Below, one piece after another: positions 1-9,229 of a stretch of 64,000 nt of DNA; the stretch's first letter is position 1; every line of letters starts with the position of its first letter. The position numbers and the translations under genes are program-made. The DNA lies in NCBI GenBank assembly GCA_963761305.1, contig CAVXGK010000002.1:832001-896000 (forward strand). Reading direction: 5' to 3'. The stretch is from an uncultured Gemmatimonadaceae bacterium (GTDB taxonomy: Bacteria; Gemmatimonadota; Gemmatimonadetes; Gemmatimonadales; Gemmatimonadaceae). Below the pieces are notes generated by a model. That model was not told where the DNA came from. It searched no databases and was given only the letters and a program-made list of their open reading frames with translations.

Positions 1-16
1 ACGAAGTGGGAGATTC

Positions 17-421
17 ATGCTTCGTACGTACTTCCCAGTCCTGCTCCTCCTCGGCTTCGTCATCGCCAACGCGGTGCTGATGCTGGGTCTCTCCCACCTC
101 GTTCTTCGCCCCCGTCCCACCCCGGTCAAACAGAGTCCATACGAGTCGGGAATGCCGGCCCTCGGCGACGCGCACGAGCGCTTCTCCGTGAAGTTCTACA
201 TGGTGGCGGTGCTGTTCATCATCTTCGACATCGAAACGGTGTTCCTGATCCCGTGGGGAGCGTATTTCCGACAACTGTCGTGCACGCTTCCGATGGTCGA
301 CAATGCGTGCCCAGCCGGCCACGTGTCACTGTTCGGCCTGTCCGAAATGATCGTGTTCATGATCATCCTCCTCGTGGGCTTCGTGTATGTGTGGAAGAAA
401 GGAGCGCTGCAATGGGATTGA
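17..421 (+). CDS. nuoA: NADH-quinone oxidoreductase subunit A
   Basis: 3 TM segments, PYESG loop, [11 protein letters not shown], ends GALQWD; first gene of nuo operon. Confidence 0.96.
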   Translation: MLRTYFPVLLLLGFVIANAVLMLGLSHLVLRPRPTPVKQSPYESGMPALGDAHERFSVKFYMVAVLFIIFDIETVFLIPWGAYFRQLSCTLPMVDNACPAGHVSLFGLSEMIVFMIILLVGFVYVWKKGALQWD

Positions 422-1038
422 GTACCCCCCCCCGTCCCGAATCGCGCCTCGTTCAGACCACGAGCGAGGAACCGTGGATCACGACGCGTCTGGACGCGTT
501 CATCAACTGGGGTCGCAAGAACTCGCTCTGGCCGATGCCGTTCGGCACCGCGTGTTGCGCGATCGAGTTCATGGCGACCGCGGCGAGCAAGTACGACCTC
601 GCGCGATTCGGCATGGAACGTCAGGCGTTTTCGCCGCGCCAAGCTGATCTCCTGATCTGCGCCGGCCGCGTGCCGTTCAAGCTCGCGCCCGTGCTGCGAC
701 GAATCTGGCAGCAGATGCCGCAGCCCAAGTGGTGCATCTCGATGGGCGCGTGCGCGTCGAGCGGGGGCATGTTCGACAATTACGCCGTCGTGCAGGGGAT
801 CGACACGATCATCCCGGTCGACGTCTACGTGCCGGGCTGCCCGCCGAGGCCGGAAGGACTCCTCTACGGCATCATGATGCTGCAGAAGAAGGTGGAGAAG
901 GAGCGCATGGCGGACAAATCGCTGCGCGACGAGATGGAGCCGGATCCCACGAGCCAGCTGTTCATCGCGCCGTCGGAGATCGACGAGGTGTCGGAGCCGT
1001 TCGGCAACTCGGTCCAACAGACGCGATCCGGCCTGTGA
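412..1038 (+). CDS. nuoB: NADH-quinone oxidoreductase subunit B
   Basis: [28 protein letters not shown] motifs; ATG 412 overlaps nuoA end. Confidence 0.97.
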   Translation: MGLSTPPRPESRLVQTTSEEPWITTRLDAFINWGRKNSLWPMPFGTACCAIEFMATAASKYDLARFGMERQAFSPRQADLLICAGRVPFKLAPVLRRIWQQMPQPKWCISMGACASSGGMFDNYAVVQGIDTIIPVDVYVPGCPPRPEGLLYGIMMLQKKVEKERMADKSLRDEMEPDPTSQLFIAPSEIDEVSEPFGNSVQQTRSGL

Positions 1039-1745
1039 GCAGCGACGCCTCATTCAAGCTGGTCGTGGCTGGAAGCGCGCTCGTCACCGGCGCCCCGTCG
1101 CCGTCGACACCCAAGACCGTCCCTCGCACCGGGACGCATCCGAATCCGTCCGCCGACGCGGTACGCGCGCAATTCCCCGACGTCGTCCAGCGCGTCGACG
1201 TCGTGTGGGGAGAGACGACGATCATCATCGATCCGGCGAGCGTGCACGACGTCATCCTCTGGCTGCACGAGGACGAAGGGCAGCGCTACGACTATCTGTC
1301 GGACGTCACGGCGGTCGAGTACCGCGACCTCGAGCGGCCGATCGAGGTCGTGTGGCATCTGCGATCGTTGCCGTTCCGGCGCTTCCTGCGCGTGAAGATG
1401 GTGATCCCGCCCGGCGCCGCGCTCAGCGTGCCGAGCGTGTGGGACGTGTATAAGTCGGCGGATTGGCTCGAGCGTGAATGCTATGACATGTTCGGCATCA
1501 CGTTCGCCGGCCATCCGGACCTGCGCCGCATTCTGATGTGGGAGCAGTACAAGGAAGGCTATCCGTTGCGAAAGGATTTTCCGCTCCGTGGACGGTTCAG
1601 CCGCTCCGAGCAGCTTCGCCAAGCGCTCGCCGCGAACCCCGAGGCGCGGTACTCACAGGACGAGCTCACGATCGCGCAGGCGCTCGAGGATCTGCCGTCG
1701 GACATGCGGCGGCGCCTCTCCTCGGGCGAACGGACGGGCGAGTAG
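1035..1745 (+). CDS. nuoC: NADH-quinone oxidoreductase subunit C
   Basis: [31 protein letters not shown] start overlapping nuoB stop. Confidence 0.95.
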   Translation: MSSDASFKLVVAGSALVTGAPSPSTPKTVPRTGTHPNPSADAVRAQFPDVVQRVDVVWGETTIIIDPASVHDVILWLHEDEGQRYDYLSDVTAVEYRDLERPIEVVWHLRSLPFRRFLRVKMVIPPGAALSVPSVWDVYKSADWLERECYDMFGITFAGHPDLRRILMWEQYKEGYPLRKDFPLRGRFSRSEQLRQALAANPEARYSQDELTIAQALEDLPSDMRRRLSSGERTGE

Positions 1746-1746
1746 C

Positions 1747-3060
1747 ATGGCGACCACGAAACGCACCGTCGACGTCGAGCTTTCGACTAGCGGCCTGGAT
1801 GCGCAGGGCCGGCCGCGCCGCGTCCCGCTCGCGGTCGACGAAGCGGGCAACACCGTCGCCGTCGCCGAGCCGCCGGGTCTCGAGCCGGATCTCGAGGGTG
1901 AGCACATGCTCATCAACATCGGGCCGCAGCATCCGGCGACGCACGGCGTGCTGCGCCTGGTGCTCGAGCTGGACGGCGAGACGGTGGTGCGGTGCATTCC
2001 GCACGTCGGTTATCTCCACTGCGGCTTCGAGAAGATCGGCGAGTATCGCCAGTACAATCAGATCATCCCGTGGACCGACCGCGAGGACTATCTGAACTCG
2101 CCGGGCAACAACGTCGCCTTCGCGCTTGGCGCCGAACGGCTGTTCGGCATCGAGATCACCGAGCGCTGCAAGGTGCTGCGCGTGATGGCCTGCGAGTTGT
2201 CGCGCATCATGTCGCACCTGGTGTGGCTCGGCACGACGTGCATCGACATCGGCGCGTACACGCCGTTCCTGTGGGCGTTCCAGCAGCGCGAGAAGATCTA
2301 CGAGATGCTCGAGTCGTGGATCGGCGCGCGCCTCACGACGACGCTCACGCGCGTCGGCGGCATGGGCGCCGACATCCCGGACAAGTGGATCGAGCAGTTG
2401 ACGGCCTTCGTGACGGGTTTCCCGAAAGTCGTCGACGAAATCGACCGCGTCATCACGCGCAACGGCATCTGGGTCGGACGCACCGTCGGACTCGGCGTGA
2501 TGTCCAGCGACGAGGCGATCAACTACGGACTCTCGGGCCCGATGATTCGCGCGTCGGGCGTCGCGTTCGACGTGCGCAAGGACTTTCCGTATCTCGACTA
2601 CGAGACGTACGACTTCGACGTCCCCGTCGGCACCAACGGCGACGTCTACGATCGCTTTCTCGTGCGCATGGAGGAAATGCGGCAGTCGACGCGCATCCTC
2701 CAGCAGGCGATCGGCCGCTTGCCCGAGGGGCCGGTCAACGTGGACGACCACCGCGTCATTCTCCCGCCCAAGAGCAAAGCGACGAGCGACATGGAGTCGA
2801 TGATCCATCACTTCAAGCAAGTGATGGAAGGCCCGCGTCCACCGATCGGCGAATGCTACGTCGCCGTCGAGAGCCCCAAGGGAGAGAAGGGCTACTATAT
2901 GGTTTCCGACGGCTCGCCCAAGCCCGTGCGCTGGCGCATTCGACCGCCGTCGTTCGTGAACCTCTCGGCGATTCCTCGCATGGTCGAAGGACATCTGCTC
3001 TCCGACGTCATCGCGATCAACGCGTCGATCGACATCGTCATGGGAGAGATCGACCGGTGA
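1747..3060 (+). CDS. nuoD: NADH-quinone oxidoreductase subunit D
   Basis: NIGPQHPATHGVLRL, ESPKGE, ends DIVMGEIDR. Confidence 0.97.
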   Translation: MATTKRTVDVELSTSGLDAQGRPRRVPLAVDEAGNTVAVAEPPGLEPDLEGEHMLINIGPQHPATHGVLRLVLELDGETVVRCIPHVGYLHCGFEKIGEYRQYNQIIPWTDREDYLNSPGNNVAFALGAERLFGIEITERCKVLRVMACELSRIMSHLVWLGTTCIDIGAYTPFLWAFQQREKIYEMLESWIGARLTTTLTRVGGMGADIPDKWIEQLTAFVTGFPKVVDEIDRVITRNGIWVGRTVGLGVMSSDEAINYGLSGPMIRASGVAFDVRKDFPYLDYETYDFDVPVGTNGDVYDRFLVRMEEMRQSTRILQQAIGRLPEGPVNVDDHRVILPPKSKATSDMESMIHHFKQVMEGPRPPIGECYVAVESPKGEKGYYMVSDGSPKPVRWRIRPPSFVNLSAIPRMVEGHLLSDVIAINASIDIVMGEIDR

Positions 3061-3109
3061 GCGGACTGCGGAGTGCGGAGACCAGCAACTCAATGACGGA
3101 GACTGATCG

Positions 3110-3616
3110 GTGAGTCACGTTCACACCGAGCCATACGCGCCTGTCTTCACCGCCGGCAGTGCGCGGCGCAAGGAACTCGACGAGATCCTCACGCGCTATC
3201 CGACCAAAATGGCCGCGCTGCTTCCCGCGCTCTGGATGGTGCAGCACGAGCGCGGGTGGGTGAGCGACGACGGGATGGCCGAGGTCGCGGCGGTGCTGGA
3301 TCTCACGCCGGCGTACGTGAAAGGCGTCGTGACGTTCTACACGATGTACCACCAGCACCCGGTCGGCCGGCACTTCATTCAAGTGTGCACGACGTCGCCG
3401 TGCAACGTCTGCGGCGCCGAGGGCGTGGTCGACGCGTTCCTGAAACACACGGGTTGCTTCGAGCTTGGCCAAACCTCCGCCGACGGCAAGTTCACCGTGA
3501 TCGAAGTCGAATGCCTTGGCGCGTGTGGGTTCGCCACGCCGATCATGATCAACGAAGACTTCATCGAGTCGGTGACTCCGGAGAAGGTGCCGGAGATCCT
3601 GGCCGGACTCGCCTGA
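3110..3616 (+). CDS. nuoE: NADH-quinone oxidoreductase subunit E
   Basis: 2Fe-2S ligands CTTSPC...CLGAC, VVTFYTMY. Confidence 0.96.
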   Translation: MSHVHTEPYAPVFTAGSARRKELDEILTRYPTKMAALLPALWMVQHERGWVSDDGMAEVAAVLDLTPAYVKGVVTFYTMYHQHPVGRHFIQVCTTSPCNVCGAEGVVDAFLKHTGCFELGQTSADGKFTVIEVECLGACGFATPIMINEDFIESVTPEKVPEILAGLA

Positions 3617-3619
3617 CGC

Positions 3620-4933
3620 ATGGGATATCCGCACGCACCGCACCGGCGTGAAGCAGTCGTTCTCTCCAAGCATTTTGGCGAGAAGGACGCGACCACGCTG
3701 TCCGGCTGGAAGAAGCGCGGCGGCTACGCGGCGCTCGAGAAGGCGCTCGCGATGCAGCCGGCCGACATCGTGAACGTGGTGAAAGACTCCGGACTGCGCG
3801 GCCGCGGCGGCGCCGGCTTCCCGACGGGCCTCAAGTGGTCGTTCATGAAGCCCGGCGATGGCAAGCCGCACTATCTCTGCTGCAACGCCGACGAGTCCGA
3901 GCCCGGCACGTTCAAGGACCGCGAGATCATGCGGTGGACGCCGCACGCGCTCGTCGAAGGCTGCGCGATCGGCTCGTACGCGATCGGCGCCGAGACGTGC
4001 TACATCTACATTCGCGGCGAGTTCACCGAGCCGATCGCGCGCGTCGAGGCGGCACTCGAGGAGTGCTACTCCGCGGGCATCCTCGGCAAGAACGCGATGG
4101 GCAGCGGCAAGACGGTGAACGTCTGGGTGCATCGCGGCGCGGGCGCGTACATCTGCGGCGAAGAGACCGCGCTGATGAATTCGCTCGAGGGCAAGCGCGG
4201 CAACCCACGCATCAAACCGCCGTTCCCGGCGGTTTCCGGCGTGTTCGCGCAGCCCACGACGATCAACAACGTCGAGACGCTCGCCGCCGTGCCGCCGATT
4301 CTCCAGAACGGCGCCGCGTGGTACAAGCAGTGGATGCGCGCCGACAACCCCAAGAGCACCGGCACCAAGCTGTACTCCGTGTGCGGCAACATCCAGAAGC
4401 CCGGCAACTACGAAGTCCCGATGGGCTTTCCGTTCAAAGAATTCTTGTACGATCTCTGCGGCGGTCCGCCGCAGGGCCGCAAGTTCAAGGCGATCATTCC
4501 GGGCGGCATCTCGGTGCCGCTTCAAACCGTCGACGAGGCCGAGTCGACCTTCATGGACTACGAGGGCTTCGTGGCGCAGGGCACAATGCTCGGCTCCGGC
4601 GGCGTGATCTGCATCGACGACTCGCAGAATCTGGTGAAGCAGATCGCGCGCGCGGCGCGGTTCTTCGCCCACGAAAGCTGCGCGCAGTGCACGCAGTGCC
4701 GAGAGGGCACGGCGTGGACCACGAAAATCCTCGAGCGCATCGTCGTCGGCGACGGAACGCCGGAGGATCTCGACACGTTGCTCTCGATCGCCGACAACAT
4801 GACCGGCAAGACGATCTGCGTCCTCAGCGACTCTTGCGCGGTCCCGGTCGTGTCCGGTCTCAAGAAATTCCGCGCCGACTTCGAGGCGCTCATCAAGACG
4901 AAACGCACGATCCTCGTGCCGGCGGTGGCCTGA
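3620..4933 (+). CDS. nuoF: NADH-quinone oxidoreductase subunit F
   Basis: SGLRGRGGAGFPTG, NADESEPGTFKDR, AYICGEET, ESCAQCTQCREG. Confidence 0.97.
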   Translation: MGYPHAPHRREAVVLSKHFGEKDATTLSGWKKRGGYAALEKALAMQPADIVNVVKDSGLRGRGGAGFPTGLKWSFMKPGDGKPHYLCCNADESEPGTFKDREIMRWTPHALVEGCAIGSYAIGAETCYIYIRGEFTEPIARVEAALEECYSAGILGKNAMGSGKTVNVWVHRGAGAYICGEETALMNSLEGKRGNPRIKPPFPAVSGVFAQPTTINNVETLAAVPPILQNGAAWYKQWMRADNPKSTGTKLYSVCGNIQKPGNYEVPMGFPFKEFLYDLCGGPPQGRKFKAIIPGGISVPLQTVDEAESTFMDYEGFVAQGTMLGSGGVICIDDSQNLVKQIARAARFFAHESCAQCTQCREGTAWTTKILERIVVGDGTPEDLDTLLSIADNMTGKTICVLSDSCAVPVVSGLKKFRADFEALIKTKRTILVPAVA

Positions 4934-6510
4934 TGGCAGACGCACCTCCGGGCGTAACGCTCACGATCGAGGGACGGCAGGTTACCGTCCCGGCGGGCAC
5001 GTCGATCCTCGAGGCGGCGAAGTACGCCGGCGTGCTCGTGCCGCACTACTGCTACCACCCGGGGCTGCCCGTCGCCGGCGTGTGCCGCATGTGCCTCGTC
5101 GAGGTCGAGAAGGCGCCCAAGCTCGCGCCGTCGTGCGCGACGGCGGTGGCCGAGGGCAACGTCGTCCACGTGCACTCCCCCAAGTCGATCGAGGCGCGCA
5201 AAGGCGTCCTCGAGATGCTGCTCATCAACCACCCGCTCGATTGCCCGATCTGCGATCAGGCCGGCGAGTGCGAGCTGCAGGACTACACGTACATGGAAGG
5301 CCGCGGCGAAGGACGCTACCGGGATCCCAAGCGCTTCAATCCGGTCGAGGATTTCGGCGGCGACGTGATGTACACGCCGAACCGCTGCATCCTCTGCACG
5401 CGCTGCGTGCGTTTCATGGAAGACGTCGCGCACGATCCCGTGCTCAACGTGAGCGAGCGCGGCGACCGTGCGTATATCGGCAAGTTCGAGGGCAAGGACC
5501 TCACGCATGCGTGGGCCGGCAACGTCATCGATCTATGCCCGGTGGGTGCCCTGCTGTCCAAAGATTCGTTGAATAAAGCGCGCGCGTGGGAGCTCGACCG
5601 GACGGCGTCAGTGTGCCCGAACTGCTCGCAGGGCTGCAACATGATCGTCGAGACGCGCGACAACGTCGTCGTGAAGCTGCGTCCGCGTCCCAACGACGAG
5701 GTGAACTCGTACTTCATGTGCGACCACGGCCGGCTCAACTACCGCTGGATGAACCGGCAGGATCGCGTCGACGTGCCGATGGTCCGCCGCGGCGACGCGA
5801 TGGCCGGCATCGATTGGCCGGTCGCCATCGCCGAAGCGGCGCGGGTCCTCAACGGCAAAAAAGCATTCGTGCTCGCCTCGCCCAACCTCTCGAATGAAGC
5901 GCTCTTCCTGCTCTCCAAGCTCGTGAAGGAAACGGGCGGGAAGGGCGCCTTCCGCGTGCAGCAGAGCGACGAAGCGCCGCTCCCGGGCGTCGAGGATCTC
6001 TCGCTGCGCAAGGATCGCGCGGCCAACGGGCGCGGCGCCGAACTCCTCGGCTTCAAGCAAAGCGCGACGCCGCTGTCGGGCCTCGCCAACGGCGACGTGC
6101 TCGTCGTCGCCGACGAAGAGTTGATCGGCGCCGACGCGGCGGACGTCGCGAAAGCGAGCGCGATCGTCGTCATCTCGACGACGCTCCCGCCGTGGGCGCG
6201 TCATCTCGCCGCCGCCGTTCTGCCGATCGCCAACTTCACGGAAGAAGAGGGCACGTTCACCAACCTGCGCGGCCGCGTCCAGCGCTTCATGCAGGCGAAG
6301 GCCGCGCCGGGCTTCGCTCGGCCCAGCTGGTTCGTGGTCGCCGATCTGCTGGCCGCCCTCGGCACGCCCGAGGACTATTCGCTGGCGAGCGACGTCTTCG
6401 CCGCGCTCGCCGGCGCGCAGCCCGAATTCGCCGGCATGTCATACGACCGGCTGGGTCTCAAGGGCAGGCTGATCGCCGGCGAGAAGCCGCGCGTGGGAGC
6501 ACCCGCGTGA
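4933..6510 (+). CDS. nuoG: NADH-quinone oxidoreductase subunit G (short, ~525 aa)
   Basis: CYHPGL..CRMC, HPLDCPICDQAGEC, CILCTRC, CPNCSQGC motifs; ATG overlaps nuoF stop. Confidence 0.95.
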   Translation: MADAPPGVTLTIEGRQVTVPAGTSILEAAKYAGVLVPHYCYHPGLPVAGVCRMCLVEVEKAPKLAPSCATAVAEGNVVHVHSPKSIEARKGVLEMLLINHPLDCPICDQAGECELQDYTYMEGRGEGRYRDPKRFNPVEDFGGDVMYTPNRCILCTRCVRFMEDVAHDPVLNVSERGDRAYIGKFEGKDLTHAWAGNVIDLCPVGALLSKDSLNKARAWELDRTASVCPNCSQGCNMIVETRDNVVVKLRPRPNDEVNSYFMCDHGRLNYRWMNRQDRVDVPMVRRGDAMAGIDWPVAIAEAARVLNGKKAFVLASPNLSNEALFLLSKLVKETGGKGAFRVQQSDEAPLPGVEDLSLRKDRAANGRGAELLGFKQSATPLSGLANGDVLVVADEELIGADAADVAKASAIVVISTTLPPWARHLAAAVLPIANFTEEEGTFTNLRGRVQRFMQAKAAPGFARPSWFVVADLLAALGTPEDYSLASDVFAALAGAQPEFAGMSYDRLGLKGRLIAGEKPRVGAPA

Positions 6511-7850
6511 TCCTCGCGCTGCAGCAGACGCTGACGCAGTCGCCGACGAACGGGCTCCTCATCCTTCCGCCGCCGAGCCACGGCGGCGTGTGGTTCCTCG
6601 CCACCGTCGTGAAGATCCTCGTCCTCTTCACGATCTACATGGTCGGCGTGATGCTGGTGATCTGGGCCGAGCGGCGCATCTGCGCGTTCATCCAGGATCG
6701 CCGCGGACCGAATCGCGTCGGGCCGTTTGGATTGCTGCAGTCGGTGGCCGATGGCGTGAAGAACATCATGAAGGAAGAGACGTACCCCGGCCAGGCGTAC
6801 CTGCCGCTCTTCGTTCTCGCGCCGGTGATGTCGTTCGTGCCGGCGCTGCTCACCTGGGCGGTGATTCCGTACGGCGCGCCGTGGGATTCGAAGTGGGGCA
6901 CGATCGACACGGCGATCGCGCCGATGCCGGTCGGCTTCCTGTTCATTCTCGCGATCTCGTCGCTCGGCGTGTACGGCATCGTGCTGGCCGGCTGGTCGTC
7001 GAACAACAAGTACTCCCTGCTCGGCGGTCTGCGCTCGAGCGCGCAGATGATCTCGTACGAGATCTCGATGGGCATGTCGACGATTCCGGTGATCATCCTC
7101 GCCGGCAACGTTTCGCTCAGCCAGGTGGTGAATCAGCAGGCGGGTCGGGGACTGCACTGGAACGTGATCAACACGACGGTCGCGTTCTTCGTGTTCATGG
7201 TCGCCGCGTTTGCCGAGACAAACCGCGTGCCGTTCGATTTGCCCGAAGCCGAATCGGAGCTGGTGGCCGGGTATCACTCCGAGTACTCGTCGATGAAGTT
7301 CTCGATGTTCTTCATCGCCGAGTACTCGAACGTGATGACGGCGAGCGCGCTGATGTCGACGCTCTTCTTCGGCGGCTGGGACATTCCGTTCACCCAGTGG
7401 GACAACGTCGCGCCGCACACCTTTCTCAAAACGGTAGTGACGTTCGGGTTCTTCTGGGTGAAGATCCTCTTCTTCGTGTTCGTGTTCATCTGGATCCGCT
7501 GGACGCTGCCGCGCTTCCGCTACGATCAGCTCATGGCGCTCGGTTGGAAGTTCATGCTGCCGACGGCGCTGTCGTACATCGTCATCGTCGCGGCGGCGAC
7601 GCTCGGCCTCGACGCGGTGGGATTCCATCCCTCGTCGTGGCAGTTCGCGCTCGTCATGCTCGTCATCAACTTGGTGCTTCTGGTGATCATGTTCGGCGTC
7701 ATCGATCGCGGTCGGCTCATCAGCCCCGCGTATTCGCGCCTCGACAAGCGCAACCTGGCCAAGCTCCGCCGCGCGACGTTCGATCGCGAGCGGTATTCCG
7801 ACGCGCGGGAAGACGTCGGCGCGGGCGTGGTGCACGGAGGAGCCGACTGA
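6507..7850 (+). CDS. nuoH: NADH-quinone oxidoreductase subunit H
   Basis: QDRRGPNRVG, ETNRVPFDLPEAESELVAGY, LPRFRYDQLM. Confidence 0.96.
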   Translation: MILALQQTLTQSPTNGLLILPPPSHGGVWFLATVVKILVLFTIYMVGVMLVIWAERRICAFIQDRRGPNRVGPFGLLQSVADGVKNIMKEETYPGQAYLPLFVLAPVMSFVPALLTWAVIPYGAPWDSKWGTIDTAIAPMPVGFLFILAISSLGVYGIVLAGWSSNNKYSLLGGLRSSAQMISYEISMGMSTIPVIILAGNVSLSQVVNQQAGRGLHWNVINTTVAFFVFMVAAFAETNRVPFDLPEAESELVAGYHSEYSSMKFSMFFIAEYSNVMTASALMSTLFFGGWDIPFTQWDNVAPHTFLKTVVTFGFFWVKILFFVFVFIWIRWTLPRFRYDQLMALGWKFMLPTALSYIVIVAAATLGLDAVGFHPSSWQFALVMLVINLVLLVIMFGVIDRGRLISPAYSRLDKRNLAKLRRATFDRERYSDAREDVGAGVVHGGAD

Positions 7851-8347
7851 TGGCGATTGGTGTGAAGATTCTCGAGCGGCCCATCGCGAAGACGAGCTAT
7901 GTGCGCGCGTCGCTGCAGGGCATGGCGCTCACGCTCAAGCACCTGCTCGACCCGCAGAAAGTGACGTGGCAGTATCCGGAGCAAAAATGGCCGCTCTCGC
8001 CGCGGTGGCGGGGCACGCACCGGATGCTCACCACGGAAGACGGGAAGGCGAAATGCGTGGCGTGCGGTCTCTGTCCCAGCGTGTGCCCTGCGAACTGCAT
8101 CAAGCTCGTGCCGGGCGAAGACGAGAACGGGAACCGCTATCCACTCGTGTTCGAGATCGACGAGTTCCGCTGCATCTTCTGCGGCTACTGCCAGGAGGTC
8201 TGTCCCGAGGAAGCGATTCACCTCGGGCGGCACTATGAGAACTCGGAGTACAGCCGCGACGGATTCGTCTATGACCTGGAGCGCCTGACGTCCCAGACGC
8301 ATCCGGTGTCCGAGATGTGGGACCCCGCCGACCCGAAAGGCGAGTGA
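7850..8347 (+). CDS. nuoI: NADH-quinone oxidoreductase subunit I
   Basis: two CxxCxxCxxxCP motifs (CVACGLCPSVCP, CIFCGYCQEVCP). Confidence 0.96.
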   Translation: MAIGVKILERPIAKTSYVRASLQGMALTLKHLLDPQKVTWQYPEQKWPLSPRWRGTHRMLTTEDGKAKCVACGLCPSVCPANCIKLVPGEDENGNRYPLVFEIDEFRCIFCGYCQEVCPEEAIHLGRHYENSEYSRDGFVYDLERLTSQTHPVSEMWDPADPKGE

Positions 8348-8946
8348 TGGTCGCGCCGCCCGCCCCGCTCGCACTACAGCAAGCCCCGTCCATGGCGCAC
8401 GGCGCGTTGCCGCTGCTGTTCACGTTCCATTTCTATCTGTTTGGACTCATCGGCATCGTGTCGGCGCTCTTGTTCGTGACGCGCAAGAGTCCGGTCGCCG
8501 CCGCGCTCTGGCTGGTGAACACGATGTTCTGCCTCGCCGCGCTGTTCGTGATGCTCGACGCGCAGTTCATCGGCGCCATTCAGGTGATCGTCTACGCCGG
8601 CGCGATCATGGTCGTGTTCCTGTTCGTGATCATGCTCCTCAACCTCGGCCAATCGCCGCCGGCCGACATTCGGGGCATCGGGTGGAAAATCGCGGCGGGC
8701 GCGGTCGGAATCGCCATTCTGGCGCAGGTGCTCGCGGTGACGCGCGCCAAGACACCGCCGACGCTGACGCTGCCGGCGGGCTTCGCCGCGAACCAGGTCG
8801 CGGCCACGGGCGCGATCGCGCCGTTCGCCGGCCCGCTGTTCAACCAGTATCTGCTCGCGTTCGAGATCACCAGCGTGCTGCTTCTGGCGGCGATCGTCGG
8901 CGCCGTCGTCGTCGGCCGTCAGCGCGGAGAAGACCTTGCTCGCTGA
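8347..8946 (+). CDS. nuoJ: NADH-quinone oxidoreductase subunit J
   Basis: [29 protein letters not shown]; exact start uncertain. Confidence 0.93.
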   Translation: MVAPPAPLALQQAPSMAHGALPLLFTFHFYLFGLIGIVSALLFVTRKSPVAAALWLVNTMFCLAALFVMLDAQFIGAIQVIVYAGAIMVVFLFVIMLLNLGQSPPADIRGIGWKIAAGAVGIAILAQVLAVTRAKTPPTLTLPAGFAANQVAATGAIAPFAGPLFNQYLLAFEITSVLLLAAIVGAVVVGRQRGEDLAR

Positions 8947-9229
8947 AGCGCTCTTTTTCTCGGCCGTGCTGTTCGTGATCGGCGTCTTCGGCGTGCTGAT
9001 TCGCCGCAACGCGATCATCGTGTTCATGTGCGTCGAGCTGATGCTCAACGCGGTGAATCTCACGTTCGTCGCGTTCGCGCAGGCCTACGGCGCGGCGGGA
9101 CAGGTGTTCGTGTTCTTCGTGATGACCGTCGCCGCGGCCGAAGCGGCCGTGGGTCTCGCGATCATCATCGCGCTGTTCCGCCATCGCCCGACGGTGGATC
9201 TCAAGAACATCAACCTCCTCAAAGGCTGA
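8936..9229 (+). CDS. nuoK: NADH-quinone oxidoreductase subunit K
   Basis: [21 protein letters not shown]; 97 aa. Confidence 0.96.
   Translation: MLAEALFFSAVLFVIGVFGVLIRRNAIIVFMCVELMLNAVNLTFVAFAQAYGAAGQVFVFFVMTVAAAEAAVGLAIIIALFRHRPTVDLKNINLLKG

Noticed and set aside
3835..6510. Apparent long N-terminal extensions in the ORF track for nuoG, arcC (17105), fabD (25080), gpsA (60311) and der (62364)
   Set aside because: The extensions overlap the upstream gene in another frame. True starts lie at or next to the upstream stop. The LptB extension differs because it occupies its own non-overlapping DNA.
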